This document shows positions 1-13,280 of a stretch of DNA of 64,000 nt, piece by piece. The stretch is taken from positions 234,324 through 298,323 of the forward strand of contig NW_018408679.1 in the NCBI RefSeq assembly GCF_002113885.1, read 5' to 3'. Numbering within the stretch: position 1 is the stretch's first letter; each line of letters begins with the position of its first letter. Position numbers and translations under genes: made by a program. The notes below the pieces were generated by a model, which searched no databases, had not been told where the DNA came from, and saw only the letters and a list, made by a program, of their open reading frames with translations. This DNA is from Mizuhopecten yessoensis. Lineage: Eukaryota.

Positions 1-170
1 TATGTGTTGTATACTCTCGTCTGAGTTAACAGCGTTTCTTCACTGGTGTATACTCTCGTCCGAGTTAACAGCGTTTATTCACGTGTTGTATTCTCTATTC
101 CGAGTTTACAGCGTTTCTACACTGTTGGATACTCTCGTCCGAGTTAACAGCGTATTTTCACTGTTGACGA
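1..170. repeat. Minisatellite, about 39-40 bp unit, 4 or more copies (runs off the window start)
   Basis: GAGTT(A/T)ACAGCGT recurs at about 23, 62, 102 and 141. Confidence 0.85.
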
Positions 171-953
171 ACTCACGAGCTGAGCGTTCTTGTCAGACGT
201 TTAAATAGGCATTTGTCATTCAGAACAACGCGCCCAATCGATGGTATAAAGGTTCTGTCATAAATGCCTGATGCTGTTTTCCGATGGTGTTTTTTCGCAG
301 TACCGACTGCTGCCTGGAAATGTTATTGTGCAAATGAATCGTTAATATAGCGATCCAAATCACGCGGATTACGCGACGATGTCGAAAACGAGAAATATCT
401 CTCACACTTTCTAGTTTTTTAAACAGAATTTTAAAACGATACGCTTTGACTTTTGTACATTTCATTACCCTGGCAACGTCGCGTGACTTGATCCTGCCTG
501 TAGCATTTGTATTGTCCCCGTTTCTGTCTTCAAATGTAAGCCGTGCCATCTTTCCTGGACCAGAATCGGTGCACACCTTTCGTCACACTAGCCACCAGTT
601 TCAAAGGCATATATCTACGGGTAGTTGTGTGGCAGTCCAACTGTGAAAAAGAACGTATGCTATACACAACGTTAACCGACAAACATAAATAGTCACTGAA
701 TATGGCCAAACACAATACAACTAGATTCCATGTTTGAGAAGTGTTTACTTGATTCCGTATTGTATCTGAAACATCTTCATTTATATTGCACTCAAACGAT
801 GAAGCACGTATGCAAACGGATTTTCAGTCCTGCCATGTTCCATATGATTATCTAGTGTTGTTTTTTGAAGGGTTTTTTTACGGGCGAGTCCTGAACATCT
901 TTTGAGTCCCATTGCCAAGAGATAGAAAGGGTACTCAAGAAAGTATGAGACCT

Positions 954-3419
954 GGGGTGAGTTTTACTAAGCAACTTAAGTCACGCAAAAAAATCCAACT
1001 TACGAATTTCGTAAGTATAAACTTAAGTTACGAAGTGTCTGTTTTACTAAAGCGTTCGTAAGTTTCGTCGTAAACTTAACTTACGAAGATTTCGTAAGTT
1101 ACGATTTCGGAACTCTCTTGTGTTGAAGGTAGGATTCATCTTAGTAACAAACACCACGCAAGCGCAGTCGCCAGTTTCGCCTTTTTTGCAAGATTGGCAG
1201 CATGCCTACATTTGACGTATACGTAACGGTCACGTCATTGATAAATAGATGTGAAAATAGGGGGTTTGTTTCATACAGTCTACTTCACTTCAACTAGGAT
1301 AAACAACAACAACAAAATCGAAAGAAATGTTTTTGTGAATCCCCCCGCCATACTGGGAAGGGTTAGGGCAGAGAATATCTCGTGGTGAGGTGGGATCTAT
1401 GTAAGAATCGCGGTTCTGTACAATTAAATTGTGTCCAAGCTCATGCTTATGTTAGTGAAGGCAAATTCGTCACATTAATAATGGTTTCAGCTAGTAATTC
1501 GTCCGAATATAGAATGCAAAGTATCAAAATGCCGACGTTCACCAATACAGAAGATTTTACTGAAATGTCTTTGAATAAACATTGTTGTAAACACGCCTGA
1601 ATGACGTCACGCAGCAACATTTGTGACGTCAGTCATTCCGTGGTTTGCTCAATGTTTGATACAAACAACTCCAAATGTGTGTGTTTAACAATGATTAACA
1701 TTGAAATAAATATAACTTTTCTAGGTTGTGATAGTTGAAATGCTGTTTACGTAAGATCGTTATTTTTTTTTTATACAATCAACCAGCAACAACAATTCAC
1801 GGCAGGGTCGGACACTGCTGTTTTATTTGTTTTAAGAACAAAAATAACAAAAAACATTTCCACGCCAGCTTGATTTGCCACTTCTATCATTCAAGCACAA
1901 TTCAGTAAACTACCGTAATAATGTATACAATGTACGTAGTGGAATATACATGCAGTCATTTAAGTCCATGATTAAAATCAAACCATATTTCAACAATATT
2001 GTTTTTTCTTTAAGTCCTTTAAGGTCAACGTTACAGGTACTTTTGCCACGATTAGAAAAGTGCTGATTATACTATTTTTTGCAATGCTTCAATGAACGTG
2101 ACGGTGCACGTGGCATCCTTTGATTAATTGAGAGATGTTCTACGCACAGGATTCTAACCGCGGTTCTTGATTGCTGACCAGTCAGCGGATTCGCACATTG
2201 CTGACATATACTATAGAAAATATCATTTGAAGGAAAGCTAGATAACTGGCGTGATTACTGTCTGAATCATATCAAAGTAAACTAGCTACATTGTATTCTT
2301 GTGTGTTTTTGTAGGTAATTGGATCCAGAAATATAAAAAGTTATTTATCAAAAATGTGTACCGATTTACCATCCTTCTCACGTATGGTTTGTGTACCATA
2401 GCTCCTAAATACTTACACAGTTGTAATATCAACCGTCATAAATATATTCAGATTATTAAAAAAAAAAAAAACATATTATTGTGCCTGCCGTGTAGAAGAT
2501 GTTACTTGAACCTTAACATAATTATGGTCTTTCTTTACTGTACTGCTACAGTATGTCCTTTTATTTATTTATTTATCTATTTATTTATTCATTTCAACAA
2601 AAAAGTATCCCTTGTTTCCTCTCCTCTGTGTAGAGTATGTTACCACAATTTGTACGTGTAAGATTGATCGTATTAGTTGACGAGATGTCCAGCGCACAGA
2701 CCAAATGTTTTAGATCGTCGTCATGTTACAAGCGATTTTATAACTGTTTAAATTAATAATATTGTTTTTTCTTCTTATACCGCTTCTTGTCATATTGTTT
2801 GAAAGCTGTGCCTGTGCTGATGATTACAGTGACGTTATTTACGTCACATCTTCTGTAAATATGACGTGATATGACGTGATATGACACAATTACGTCACCG
2901 GGTTTTATATGATTGGTTTGAACATATTCTCATATGATGATTATCAATATCAGTTTAAAGACCCCCAAAAACAAACACGGAGAACTGTATCTACATTTCC
3001 TTTTCTTTTTACGCCTCGATACATTTACCTATTTTATCTCTAGTATTATTAATTGTTGTAGCAGGAGCTAAGGATTATGGCAACAATTTTTGTTTAAAAA
3101 AAAGAAGACAAAATTAAAATGCAATTGTGTCTGTTTAAAGAAATCATCCAACAACATATGGGCTGGGATGAAGTGAGATCTTTGATGTCGTTCACAAGCC
3201 ACCCGTCAAAGAAACCTGTAGCGCTAAATAAATCCATTTGAGTTAAGAAAGTTCATTACTTAAGACAAAATCGTAAGTTAGGGTAGCCCCTAAGCTGTCG
3301 TAAGTTACGATGGTTTTTTACGCGTAACTTAAGATACGAAGTTTAGTAAGACGGAGATTTAACGTAAGATAAGGTTACGATAAAATCGTAACTTAAGTTG
3401 CTTAGTAAAACTCACCCCC
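954..3419. mobile_element. Non-autonomous TIR DNA transposon, about 2.47 kb, PIF/Harbinger-like
   Basis: TIR GGGGTGAGTTTTACTAAGCAACTTAAGT at 954 and its exact reverse complement ending 3418; both subterminal regions are full of CTTACGA/TCGTAAG motifs; no transposase ORF; TSD not clean, so the superfamily is inferred. Confidence 0.8.
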
Positions 3420-4934
3420 ACGTCGCAAAACTAACTAATATCACATTCTACTTACAGAACACTACATAACGTGTTAAACTTTTAGGCTAAGACTCTGATG
3501 TTTTTTTCTTATATTTTCCTTTTCAATGCAGTTTGAGAAAAACAGGAATAATACAGTAAGTAGTTTAGGATACATTAAAAGCAAAAACTCACCAACGTGT
3601 GTCCATAGTGACTTGAACATTCTTATCTAACATGACGAACAGGATAAACGGATTAATTATTATTAAAGCAAGTTGATATTTTAACGTTTTAGATACCGTT
3701 TCTTCTTCTCAAAGCAGCTCTTAATAGAACAAGGTCGTGCAAGGAAATAAAAGTTGTCCTTCATTTATAACATTTTCTTGTCTTCCTTAACAAAAAGTCC
3801 ACTATTACGTAACGAGTTTCAATGTTACCAAGTTTTAGAATATATGATCTGTGATGTTTTCTGGCCTGTTAATGTTTAGCACCTACTATTCTCGTTTATA
3901 AGACACGCAATTTTAAAAGCGAGTAGGTTTTCAATATAAAATAACTATTTACAAAATAAAAAGTACGTATTCCTGGAATATGGATGTGTACTGTGCCAAT
4001 GTACGTCTGGAGAACGATTGTGTAATTTTATTGCCGAAATATCCTCAACATAAAGGAATCTGTTGGTATAAATGTTGTACTAAACACTGGTTTCTCAGAG
4101 TTTATACAGTTTGTTTGTATTATACTCAAGTTGGTCGTAAACCGTCACCTTCACTATTGGGAATATTGTATTTATAAACAACCGCTCGTTACTTGGCAAT
4201 ATCATCAAAGTCGAATTATTTATATCATTTTGCGTGCATGTGTGTTTTTATCTATAATACATAGTCTTAGTTTTTTTCAAGTCAAATGAATACCGCTCGG
4301 AACAATAGACGTCTCAAGAAGGAAAAGAATAGTATTTAGGGACATGACTAAGAGATCGGAATGGATTAAAGTGGAACATTCCTTGGAAACATACAAGGAA
4401 GTGGCAAGATATTTATTCTCGATAAATGACTTAGAACACTGTACATGTACAGGAAACTTACTTGTTATTTATTATTTGCGTTAGCCGAATTTTCTAATAC
4501 AGTGTTTCATGGAGTTTTAATCAATTTTGTGAATATCAAAAATTCGCTTGCTTCGTCATTTAAGGCAATATAGAGATCCCCTAGAAAGGAATTAATTTCG
4601 GCACATCCGTTTAATATTTACGCAAAAAGCATATAATACTTCACAGGGTTGGTAACTATCAAATAATTGGATTTGGAGTAGCATTCCCTTCCGGAACACG
4701 TGGTCTTCTTTCTTTTGTATATATTTAGTTTTTTCGATTTTGTGTTTGAATTACGGTTTTTTTGACACCTCGGAATTCTTTTGTTGTTTGCTGTACATGA
4801 TCTTGACATAAATATTGCTTTTGCATAATTAAAACATAATGCGAAATTTGGCTTTGCACAGAGAATTGCCAGTTCTAAGGTATGAAAAAAGAGCTGTTAC
4901 GACTGAGTGTTATTGTGATTTATCAATGGAGCAG

Positions 4935-5055
4935 CATTGTGGCCAGTTGTCAGTATAATGTAACCGGGCGGAATGCTGTGCTGGGTGCCTTCGGCATGGT
5001 ATTTCAATAAGATAGCACTATGAAGCCGGCTCAGATCCGCGCTATCACAAGGAGG
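4935..5055 (+). mobile_element. SINE central-domain fragment (mollusc Meta/MESC-like)
   Basis: CAGTATAATGTAACCGGGCGG...CGGCATGGTATTTCAATAAGATAGCACTATGAAG resembles, from memory, the conserved core of molluscan SINEs; tRNA head missing. Confidence 0.5.
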
Positions 5056-5739
5056 CAAATACATATACCCTGTCTCCGGCACACATACACAGGTGCACGC
5101 ACACACTAAACAACACAATGCATTTGGCCTTAGCTGTTGATAGGACGGTTAACAATGTACAACCAACCAACCGATCGACAGAAAATGGCGTGACATACGT
5201 GAACACGGGCGGGATATTTTGAATTTTTATATATCTATAATTAGGGAACAAAGGATTTTCCTGGCGTTTAATTAGAGGAAATTTGATAACTTTATCATTC
5301 GATTGCGATATCTTTTCCTTTCGTGAGATCCAAGGACAGAATTTAGCACAGAGGTTTGGAATCCATGCGTCTAAAGGCTCAGACTAATGAGGATGCTGTT
5401 CGTTCATTCGGAAGACCCATATAGTTTGGTAACCTCGTATATTACGTTGTCTGTCTGTCGCTAGGTATGGCCATGCGGAATATGTAGGCATTTATTAGTC
5501 GTCCGCTAGGAATGGGTCGTGATTTTCGTCGTTATCTTTTGATTTATAGATGTTTAGTTTCGGATGGGGATGTAGGGCAATGCGGGGACTAGAAAATTTA
5601 TTTCAGGTTCTAGCGAACCTCAAAATATCAATCATATTTTTTTTCTGTTTACGTTGTGTGGACATTTCAGTCACGTGCAATTTTTTTTTATATCTGCACG
5701 TGAGATATAATTTGTATTCCACTATAATGTTCCTCATTA

Positions 5740-6345
5740 TTTTACCCCCGCAACGAAGTGAGGTGTTCGTCTGTCTGTCCGTAGAAAAAGTTTGTCCGGA
5801 CAACTCCTTCTAAAGTTGTTCATCCAGGTATATTTTTTTTCATTTTGACCCTTTTTGATGGCGTTATTGCCCTTTGTTGAGACAATTCCTTCAAAACTAT
5901 GGGGCCAATTTCAACGGGTGTTTTCAGAGATGATAACTCCCCCTGATGTTGTGCATCCAGGTATTTCTTTTTCCGGACTTTTTTATGGAGTTATTGCCCT
6001 TTGTTGAAAAAAATCCTTGTCCTGACAATTGCTCCTTATCTACTGGGCCGATTTCAAAGAAAATTTACAAATATGGTAACTCAGCCCTGACGTTGTACGT
6101 CCAAGTAGTATTTTTTCATTCTGACCCTTAAAGAGGGAGTTATGGCCCTTTGTTAAACCTTTGTCTGCCTCTTTACTACTGGGCCGATTTCAATGAAAGT
6201 GTACAGACATTGTAATTACCTCCTGATGCCGTGCATCAGGCTAGTATTTTTTTCATTTCAACCTTTTTTTAGGAATTATGGCCATTCGTTAAAACACTTT
6301 GTCTTGCCAACTCTTCCTTTACTACTAGGACGATTTCAGCAAAAC
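5740..6345 (+). mobile_element. Helentron/HINE-like non-autonomous element with internal 125-150 bp tandem units
   Basis: T-rich start TTTTACCCCCGCAACGAAGT, short GTCT/GTCC microsatellite, then repeated units containing GAGTTATTGCCCTTTGTT (about 5863, 5989, 6137, 6273) and ACTGGGCCGATTTCAA. Confidence 0.65.
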
Positions 6346-6695
6346 GTGTTTGGGCTAACATGATTTGGTATGCAAATATGTTTCAAAAGTCAAAACCCGT
6401 TTTAATTTTTGTGCGATTTTGCCGTTTTCTCACACTATTTGATTTATATTAAGACCCACGAAAAAGCAGATAATATTGAACATTATTATTTTTTCATATA
6501 TGCCCAACAAGTGCATCACGTGTCCACCGATAAAAACCGATATTGATTTCGAGCTCGTGATTTTTGTTGTAAAACTGGGTGTTTCTAAAAATAGAATTAT
6601 GACGTGTCACCAAACAACTCACCGTCCCGCTTCCGAAGCTTTTTTGTTATGGGTTTTTTTCAGATTGCTTACATCACTGTTTTTATATCATAAAA

Positions 6696-6838
6696 CAATT
6701 GTATCCTTTAACTTCGGTCGATACCTGGATTTATCGACCAGAGAAAAGATATATTGACCTCGGACTGCGTCCTCGGTCTATACATTTTTTCTCGGATCGA
6801 TAAATCCAGGTTTCGACCTCAGCTAAAGGCTATAATTG
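6696..6838. repeat. About 140 bp imperfect palindrome (hairpin element)
   Basis: Arms GGTCGATACCTGGATTTATCGA and TCGATAAATCCAGGTTTCGACC around a centre at 6757-6779. Confidence 0.8.
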
Positions 6839-8751
6839 AATATTCTTTTCTATGTTACCAAGAACCAACGAGTATCATTTGTGAGGCAGAATCATAGTGA
6901 AAATATGGATTGTGGGTCATAGAAGGTTTAAAAATAGGACCAAGTCAGTTCTAATGGTGAAAAGTCCTGCAAATTGTAAGCCAACAATTTCTAGTAAGTC
7001 CAAGTGTTATCATACATACTTACCTAGATATAAAGTGCAAACATTCAGCCAGGTATGATTTGTTGCAGGGAATTGCTTACCCACTCAGAACACCGATTGT
7101 TTCTTATGATTTTTTAAGCATGTGCTACCTTTTCTGTCTCCTCGGTTCGTAATGTTGTCTTCTCGGTTTTTGTTTTTGTTTGTTTCATGATTGCTTTATG
7201 TCTCTTCGTTCCTGTTGTTGTCTTCCATTTTTGTTTAAGTCTCCTCGTTTCCTGTTGTCTTTCCGTGATTATATTTTCTTGGTTGCCTATTGTTGTCCAT
7301 TTATCCGGACTTCCTCAATGTGTACTTACATAACCATGCTGCAATATGGGTTTTTTAATCCCAGAACCTGCTTGTCTTTTTATTCATTACTTTCCCATGT
7401 AGATTTCATTGAACAAGAACTATCCAAAAAATAGTGTGGGGCAAATTGCCTTGAATAGACAATTAAAACTGAAAACAAAAACGTTCTACAAAAAAAGGCA
7501 TTCAACAGTCAGCATTTTTTGTTGTTATGATAGACGTAAATATATTTTTTCATTAATTTAACAGCAGAACATATTCTAGATTACAAGATATGCAGAAAAA
7601 TGGCATGAAATATCGTAAAACCGGTAATGGTATTTAAAATGATTGATGTTTTTCACAACAAATAGACGCCTAGGTATTCATTTTGTGTCATTATTGGATC
7701 ATCTTTCTGTAGTAACATAACACTAGATTCCATTATCTAGATGTCAATGATGCGGTTGGTGCTGACAGTTATGAAGAGCTCCAAGAAAATGTCTTCAACA
7801 GAGAACGCTGTCACAATCAATTCCTGAACAACGGCCCACGTATTTTTGATGACATTTTCAATATGCATTGGAGTGGAAAAGACGACACATTATGACGGCA
7901 ATGGAGTCGGGCCTGAATGTTGGTTTCTATATCTCTGACTGTTGCTGGAAGCACAAACTATTTGTACAACCACTAGAATTATGAAGTAAGGAAACACCAA
8001 TACAATAAGTTAGTAAGTCGACTAGAATTCCAAACAAAGTTAAAATGTTTTCAGTACCATATTGCAATTTTGTCGATTCATGACTTATCAGCGGCATGAA
8101 AGGTCAAATGCATTGTAATCCATGTCTAAAGTGTGCAGAATAACAGCAAAAGGGGGAAAGGTGCGTATACAACCCCGTTTAATGTTAAAATTTTACAACG
8201 CTTATCTACAGCAGATAATTAAGTTTAAAACTAGAATTCCTTGCAAACCTTGCCAGAACAGATTTGGGTATCTGTATTATTTGTCTATTAGCGAGTACTT
8301 CTGGTAGATGATTTGCCCTTCAGTGAAATCGTTCAAATCTCCGATTAACACTATGAGCAGGGAAATTATTACCTTCTGTCAAATAAAATTTAATTCAAAT
8401 AGATTTATTACTATAGTAAAATCGATAACACATTAACCAGTAGCATTTGCATTTGATTAAAATTGAGCATTTGACTGGATGAAATAAGGATTCACTCTTT
8501 CTTCAATTTCTGTCATAAAATAAAATAGGTTTGCCATTGTGAGAACAAGAAATACAGGATAATAAATAAGACGTCATGATGACATTACTATTGACCTTGA
8601 GAGAGGTAATGAACAGAACGTTAAAACCAATTTCATTCTGATTAATTATCTTATAAACGTTATTTAATTTACAACAATTCCGAAAGTGTATTGCAACACA
8701 GTTATTACATCTTATATTAATTGCTCTTGTTGGCCAGGATGTTGGCGCGCA

Positions 8752-8875
8752 GGGGGCCTTTATGTGGGAAGAAACCGGAGTACCTTGAGAAAACCCACGT
8801 GGTCGGGCAGGTTATGTCATACCTATTCAAGTCCAATCCCGGCCGCCCTGGAGAAAGGCTAATGCCTTATCCACT
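8752..8875 (-). mobile_element. tRNA-derived SINE (V-SINE-like), degenerate copy
   Basis: GAAACCGGAGTACCTTGAGAAAACCCACGTGGTCGGGCAGGT plus tRNA-like remnant; homologous to copies at 18390 and 42586. Confidence 0.7.
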
Positions 8876-11800
8876 TCTGGTATACGTCACCAAACCAACC
8901 AATCTAAATACAGTTCATACCTCCTGAGCTCCTGACAAAGCTGGACGAATCTGATATAGAGGATCAGCTGGACTACTAAGTATATTCTTACAATAAATGC
9001 ATATCGACACTGTTACTGTTAATTAGTTAATACAGTGAGAACCTATCTGTTTTTGATGAGTAACTGATTCGTTATTTAGATAACACACTAGAGTCTCGGT
9101 AATATTCATTGACCTATGTTAACAAGTGTTCAAACCGGAAACACCTGACTGTTATGGATTTTCGTTTTTCCCACAACCACTATAGGCTTCCTCACTTCCG
9201 ACTCATTGAATAAACCCTTCAAGGAGGTGGTAAACATTTTTCGATACCCACTAGTGGGTACAACCCTGGACGTTATTTCATAGGTCAATCTTTTAATTAT
9301 AACAACAATTAGCATTGCGATCGGAACTGAATGATGCATCTCAATAGGAACTAAGTTGTGCAGATATAATATCTGACAGTTGTTGGAGGAAAAAGTCTAC
9401 AACCTCCTGACGGTTGATTATCATGTTTATCTAACTCCCAGTTGATTTTTACATTGTAAAAGACACTTGGTAAACCTCGTGTCTTTATATAATTTGAAAA
9501 GTTACCTTACTCGAGTAAGATAAATAGGAAAACCAACCATCACTCGTTGGGGAACCTCTGTTTGACTTCTGGTACAACTCCCTCTGCTGAAGACTCCTAT
9601 ACAGACGAAAGACCCTATGCTGTAGTAAATATGTACTTTGATTCTCCAAATCGATATAGTATTCTTTAGGAATAAAGCAAAAGGTTTCATCTCAATCTTC
9701 TTCATATTTATTTCATAAAAGCATCAGAAGTAAAAAGAGTAACAAACTATTGTTTTAAAGAAGATAATATTATCAACATGCTGGCAGATACTATTACAAC
9801 GTGATACAGTGTGCATGAAGAATGGAGAAATAGTCCGAGCTATTTTAACATGATTAGTTCTGTATGAGCTTGCTTATTGTACAAATATATGGAGACCTCC
9901 CCATTCTCAATGATGTCTGACGCCGACTTATTATTTGTGAGTAATCTGCGACTGTATGCAATACCTAATACCAATGGAAAAGATTTTGAAAAAGTTCACA
10001 AGCCATCAATTGCGCAATGACAGATCAATGTTTCATTTAATATTACTAGGGCATTTTAGTTGCATTTTAAATATGGGTTATCATTTTAACCATTGATTAA
10101 AGTTAGCAGCTATTACATCAAAATTACAATTGCAGTTGCAGGACTAATACGTGAACTTGATTTACTGCTGGAATGATTTGTACTTTGCTTTTTCAGTTCA
10201 TCTTCCGACTTTATGTCTTGAAATTTCTTGCCGAATAAATGTCAGAGCTGACGGTGACGACAATAGGCATTAAGATCATATTGTTAGTAGTCATGCAGTA
10301 TGCCACATCGGTGTGAAGACCTGTGAATAACTAGTCCCTTATAGAACTGTCTTGGAATCATTTCACCACAGCAATACGTGTACATCCTTTTACATTATGC
10401 TGGAGGGTGGGTTGTCTCCGGTCTAGTCAGAGAAAACGTTAGTAGTCCGCCTGTATGTACTTTAGTTTGGAAATGTCACCATTGCAAAATAAAGGGTTAA
10501 CATGTATGTGCGCCTTTTCACTATCGTTCCGATCAATGATTACAACGTATGTGGATAGTTATTGTGCAGATGACTGTTAACTTGATTTCGCACTCGGCCT
10601 CTGCATATATTGAAGAACAAGACAGTAAGACAGAAGATATATATTAAGAAGTAAGACATTGACAATATACCAACAAAAATAAAACTTATACCCATTAATA
10701 CATTCATGTAGTACATGGGTATATTATGTGGTTTAGTTACTATATAATGAATATATATAAACTGTATTAAGGATGTGAAGCCGGACGAATCAGGGTCATA
10801 CGGTTCAAAGTAAATCGAGTACACCCACACTAATTGTGTCAAGGCAATCAGCCAATCAGATCTCCAGATTTACAAAAGTTAGTGAAGGATTTGCTAGGAA
10901 TTTTATGTGCCCCCCCCCCCCCCCCCCCCCCCCCATGCAATGTCTGCTTCACATTCTAAGCTGGCATTGTTTGGTAACAGTGATTCAGATATGTTTACCT
11001 TGTAATCGATTTTGTGACAGGTGTATCATTGCGCTCCGCGTTTTTGGTAGATGTATTCAAGATACTGTTTATGTTGTAAATATGTTTATGTAACATGGTG
11101 GACATTTTTGGTACCATGTCTGCCAAGGTGTTCGTCATTTAATGAAGTGACATTTTCAGGACATGTTTTAATCTTTTTTGTTGGTATTTATATCAAAAGG
11201 GCCTGGCTTAAGCCGTGATCTGATGATCGTGATGGAGATTTATAGCATTAACACGTTTACGTTTGTCTTTTTATCCATCTAAAAGTGTTGCTTTTTTGTC
11301 ATTGTTTTTTTGGCGCGAGGGGGGGGGGGGGGGGGGGGAGGGGGGATCTACAAAATGCACAAAGAACATACCAATTGTACCCATGAACTTTGATTAACAA
11401 AGTGCTCTATTAGTTTCTATTTTTCATAATTGTGTTGATATATTGTGTTTTCGAAAACCTAGCACGCAATCACGCAACGGGCGATCGAAGTGAGCGAAAA
11501 CAAGGTTACGCCATCATTTAAAAATCTTCACGTGATCCAAAAATCCCTTCTTCAGTGAGTGCGATTTCTCAGTGTTAGTGTTAGGTCGTGGCGCTGAATT
11601 ATTGACTCAGAGTTAACGCCACAAGGAAATTTGGCTGTAATTTGTTGAGACAACAACCATTAAAATTTCCATCAGAACTAGAGATGTTTGGGAAGCGAAT
11701 TGTCTTTAAGATTTGATCGATGAATAAAAATATAAATAAGGATGAAACTAGAATACCATTTCTCTACAGCTCATTCGTCTGTATGAACAATGACATATTT

Positions 11801-12155
11801 CGTCTTTGTAATGAGGTTGCTATTTAGTGAAACACACACATTTTTGTGACAGAAAAAGGCTTGCTAGGATATTTGAAATATGAAACAATATTATAAGGGC
11901 AAAATCACTTCATAGCACGGCAGTTAAAAAATATAAATATAAATAACTAAATCAAAATATGAACATGCATTTTTTATTCCAGTTTCTCGTAAACATATAT
12001 TGTCTATATTAATAAATATATTAAAATTAGATTGATGATATTACAATTATACAAAATATTAGAAGAGGACATGATTATGGACATGTGACCTAGAGGTGGT
12101 CAGAATGTTTATTGTTAATGAAATACCTGTACAGGCGTCAGAGGCACTACAAGCG

Positions 12156-13280
12156 TCAGTGAAACGTAGACACGCGTCTGTTGTTGAGTACACGTGTTGA
12201 ATAGTAGGATTTACAATTCACAGAGTGAAATCCGTTTTGACTCGGATGATTCACTTCAAAACGAAAAAGTCTTCTTAAATTGTTTCTAAAATGTCTACTG
12301 AGGCAAACATATATCCAGAAATTAATCTGGTATGTTATAAATAAGCAAAAGTTAGATATGACGGCTATAACCAATTTCGCGTCGATTTTAATTATATTTA
12401 TGTCACAGACATCTATGAGAAACACAATACTCACTGGAATTTCTACTAGACAAAAGGTTACAACGATCAGAATCACCATTACCGTGGTTCTACGAATCAA
12501 CCGGAAGTCAGTTCTCTCCACTTCGTTGTCCTCTTCCCGGTGTAAGTCCAGTATCCGGTGGGATTCTACAATAAGTTTCTGGACCAGTGCGATAGTCGCG
12601 CACACTAGTATCACACATGGAAAGAATTGTCCGAAAACGAGGCGGATGAATTTCACAACTTTCTCTATACCGTAACCAAACATGAAGACTTCTTCTTGGT
12701 AACATAAACAATAAGGAATTACCAGACCGCTTTCGTCAATCCGAGTCCTCTCCTCAAAACGGTCTTCTAAAAACCACAAGGAGTAGACACCTAGAACCAA
12801 GATATACACCAGCAGTATTACTAAGATCGAGTTTTTATGTGACCAGAATCGTCTCCCTGGAATCGGAAATGCGACAACAATGAATCTCTGAATACCAAGT
12901 ACAACCGTCAGCCATATTGACACCGCGTGGAAAACGGCGGTAATTTTGTAAGCGATGCTGTGGTATATACACAACGGATACGGAAGTCCGTCTTGGTAGT
13001 TCAACACGTTACCCATACTGTAAAAGTATACATACATTGGCGTAATAACACTTGCCGCCAAAATATCACTGACGGCGAGAGCTGTGAGAAGTATGGTTGT
13101 CGGGGAGCGCATCCGGTTCATGGTAAAGACGATGGTGACAAGAATATTTGTACAAAGGGTTGTACAGGCAAGGAGGGGACAGAGAACACCGTACATAGGG
13201 AACCAATACGGGTACAATATCGGCAGGCAGTTCAACGAATTCTCCAGGAACGTCTCATTTGTAGAATTGATAAACACCAT
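12156..13280 (-). CDS. Intronless class A (rhodopsin-like) peptide GPCR, sex peptide/MIP/FMRFamide receptor-like, 374 aa
   Basis: Single long ORF; first in-frame ATG at 13280 (MVFINSTNETF; the ORF track starts at a GTG at 13322). Seven hydrophobic segments, N-terminal sequons NST and NET, RMRSPTTILLTALAVSD (TM2), SIWLTVVLGIQRFIVVAFP (TM3), TFCLVEIP (TM6), INFWIYVCLSRHFR (TM7/H8), Cys before TM3 and in ECL2. Confidence 0.93.
   Translation of the reverse strand: MVFINSTNETFLENSLNCLPILYPYWFPMYGVLCPLLACTTLCTNILVTIVFTMNRMRSPTTILLTALAVSDILAASVITPMYVYFYSMGNVLNYQDGLPYPLCIYHSIAYKITAVFHAVSIWLTVVLGIQRFIVVAFPIPGRRFWSHKNSILVILLVYILVLGVYSLWFLEDRFEERTRIDESGLVIPYCLCYQEEVFMFGYGIEKVVKFIRLVFGQFFPCVILVCATIALVQKLIVESHRILDLHREEDNEVERTDFRLIRRTTVMVILIVVTFCLVEIPVSIVFLIDVCDINIIKIDAKLVIAVISNFCLFITYQINFWIYVCLSRHFRNNLRRLFRFEVNHPSQNGFHSVNCKSYYSTRVLNNRRVSTFH

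Noticed and set aside
220-715. 118 aa minus-strand ORF and neighbours near the window start
   Set aside because: No ATG-initiated recognisable product; stops in all frames after the candidate acceptor.
7741-7895. Plus-strand stretch after a TAG acceptor-like site, open for about 50 codons (VNDAVGADSYEELQENVFNRERCH...)
   Set aside because: No recognisable domain and no linked exons; expected by chance.
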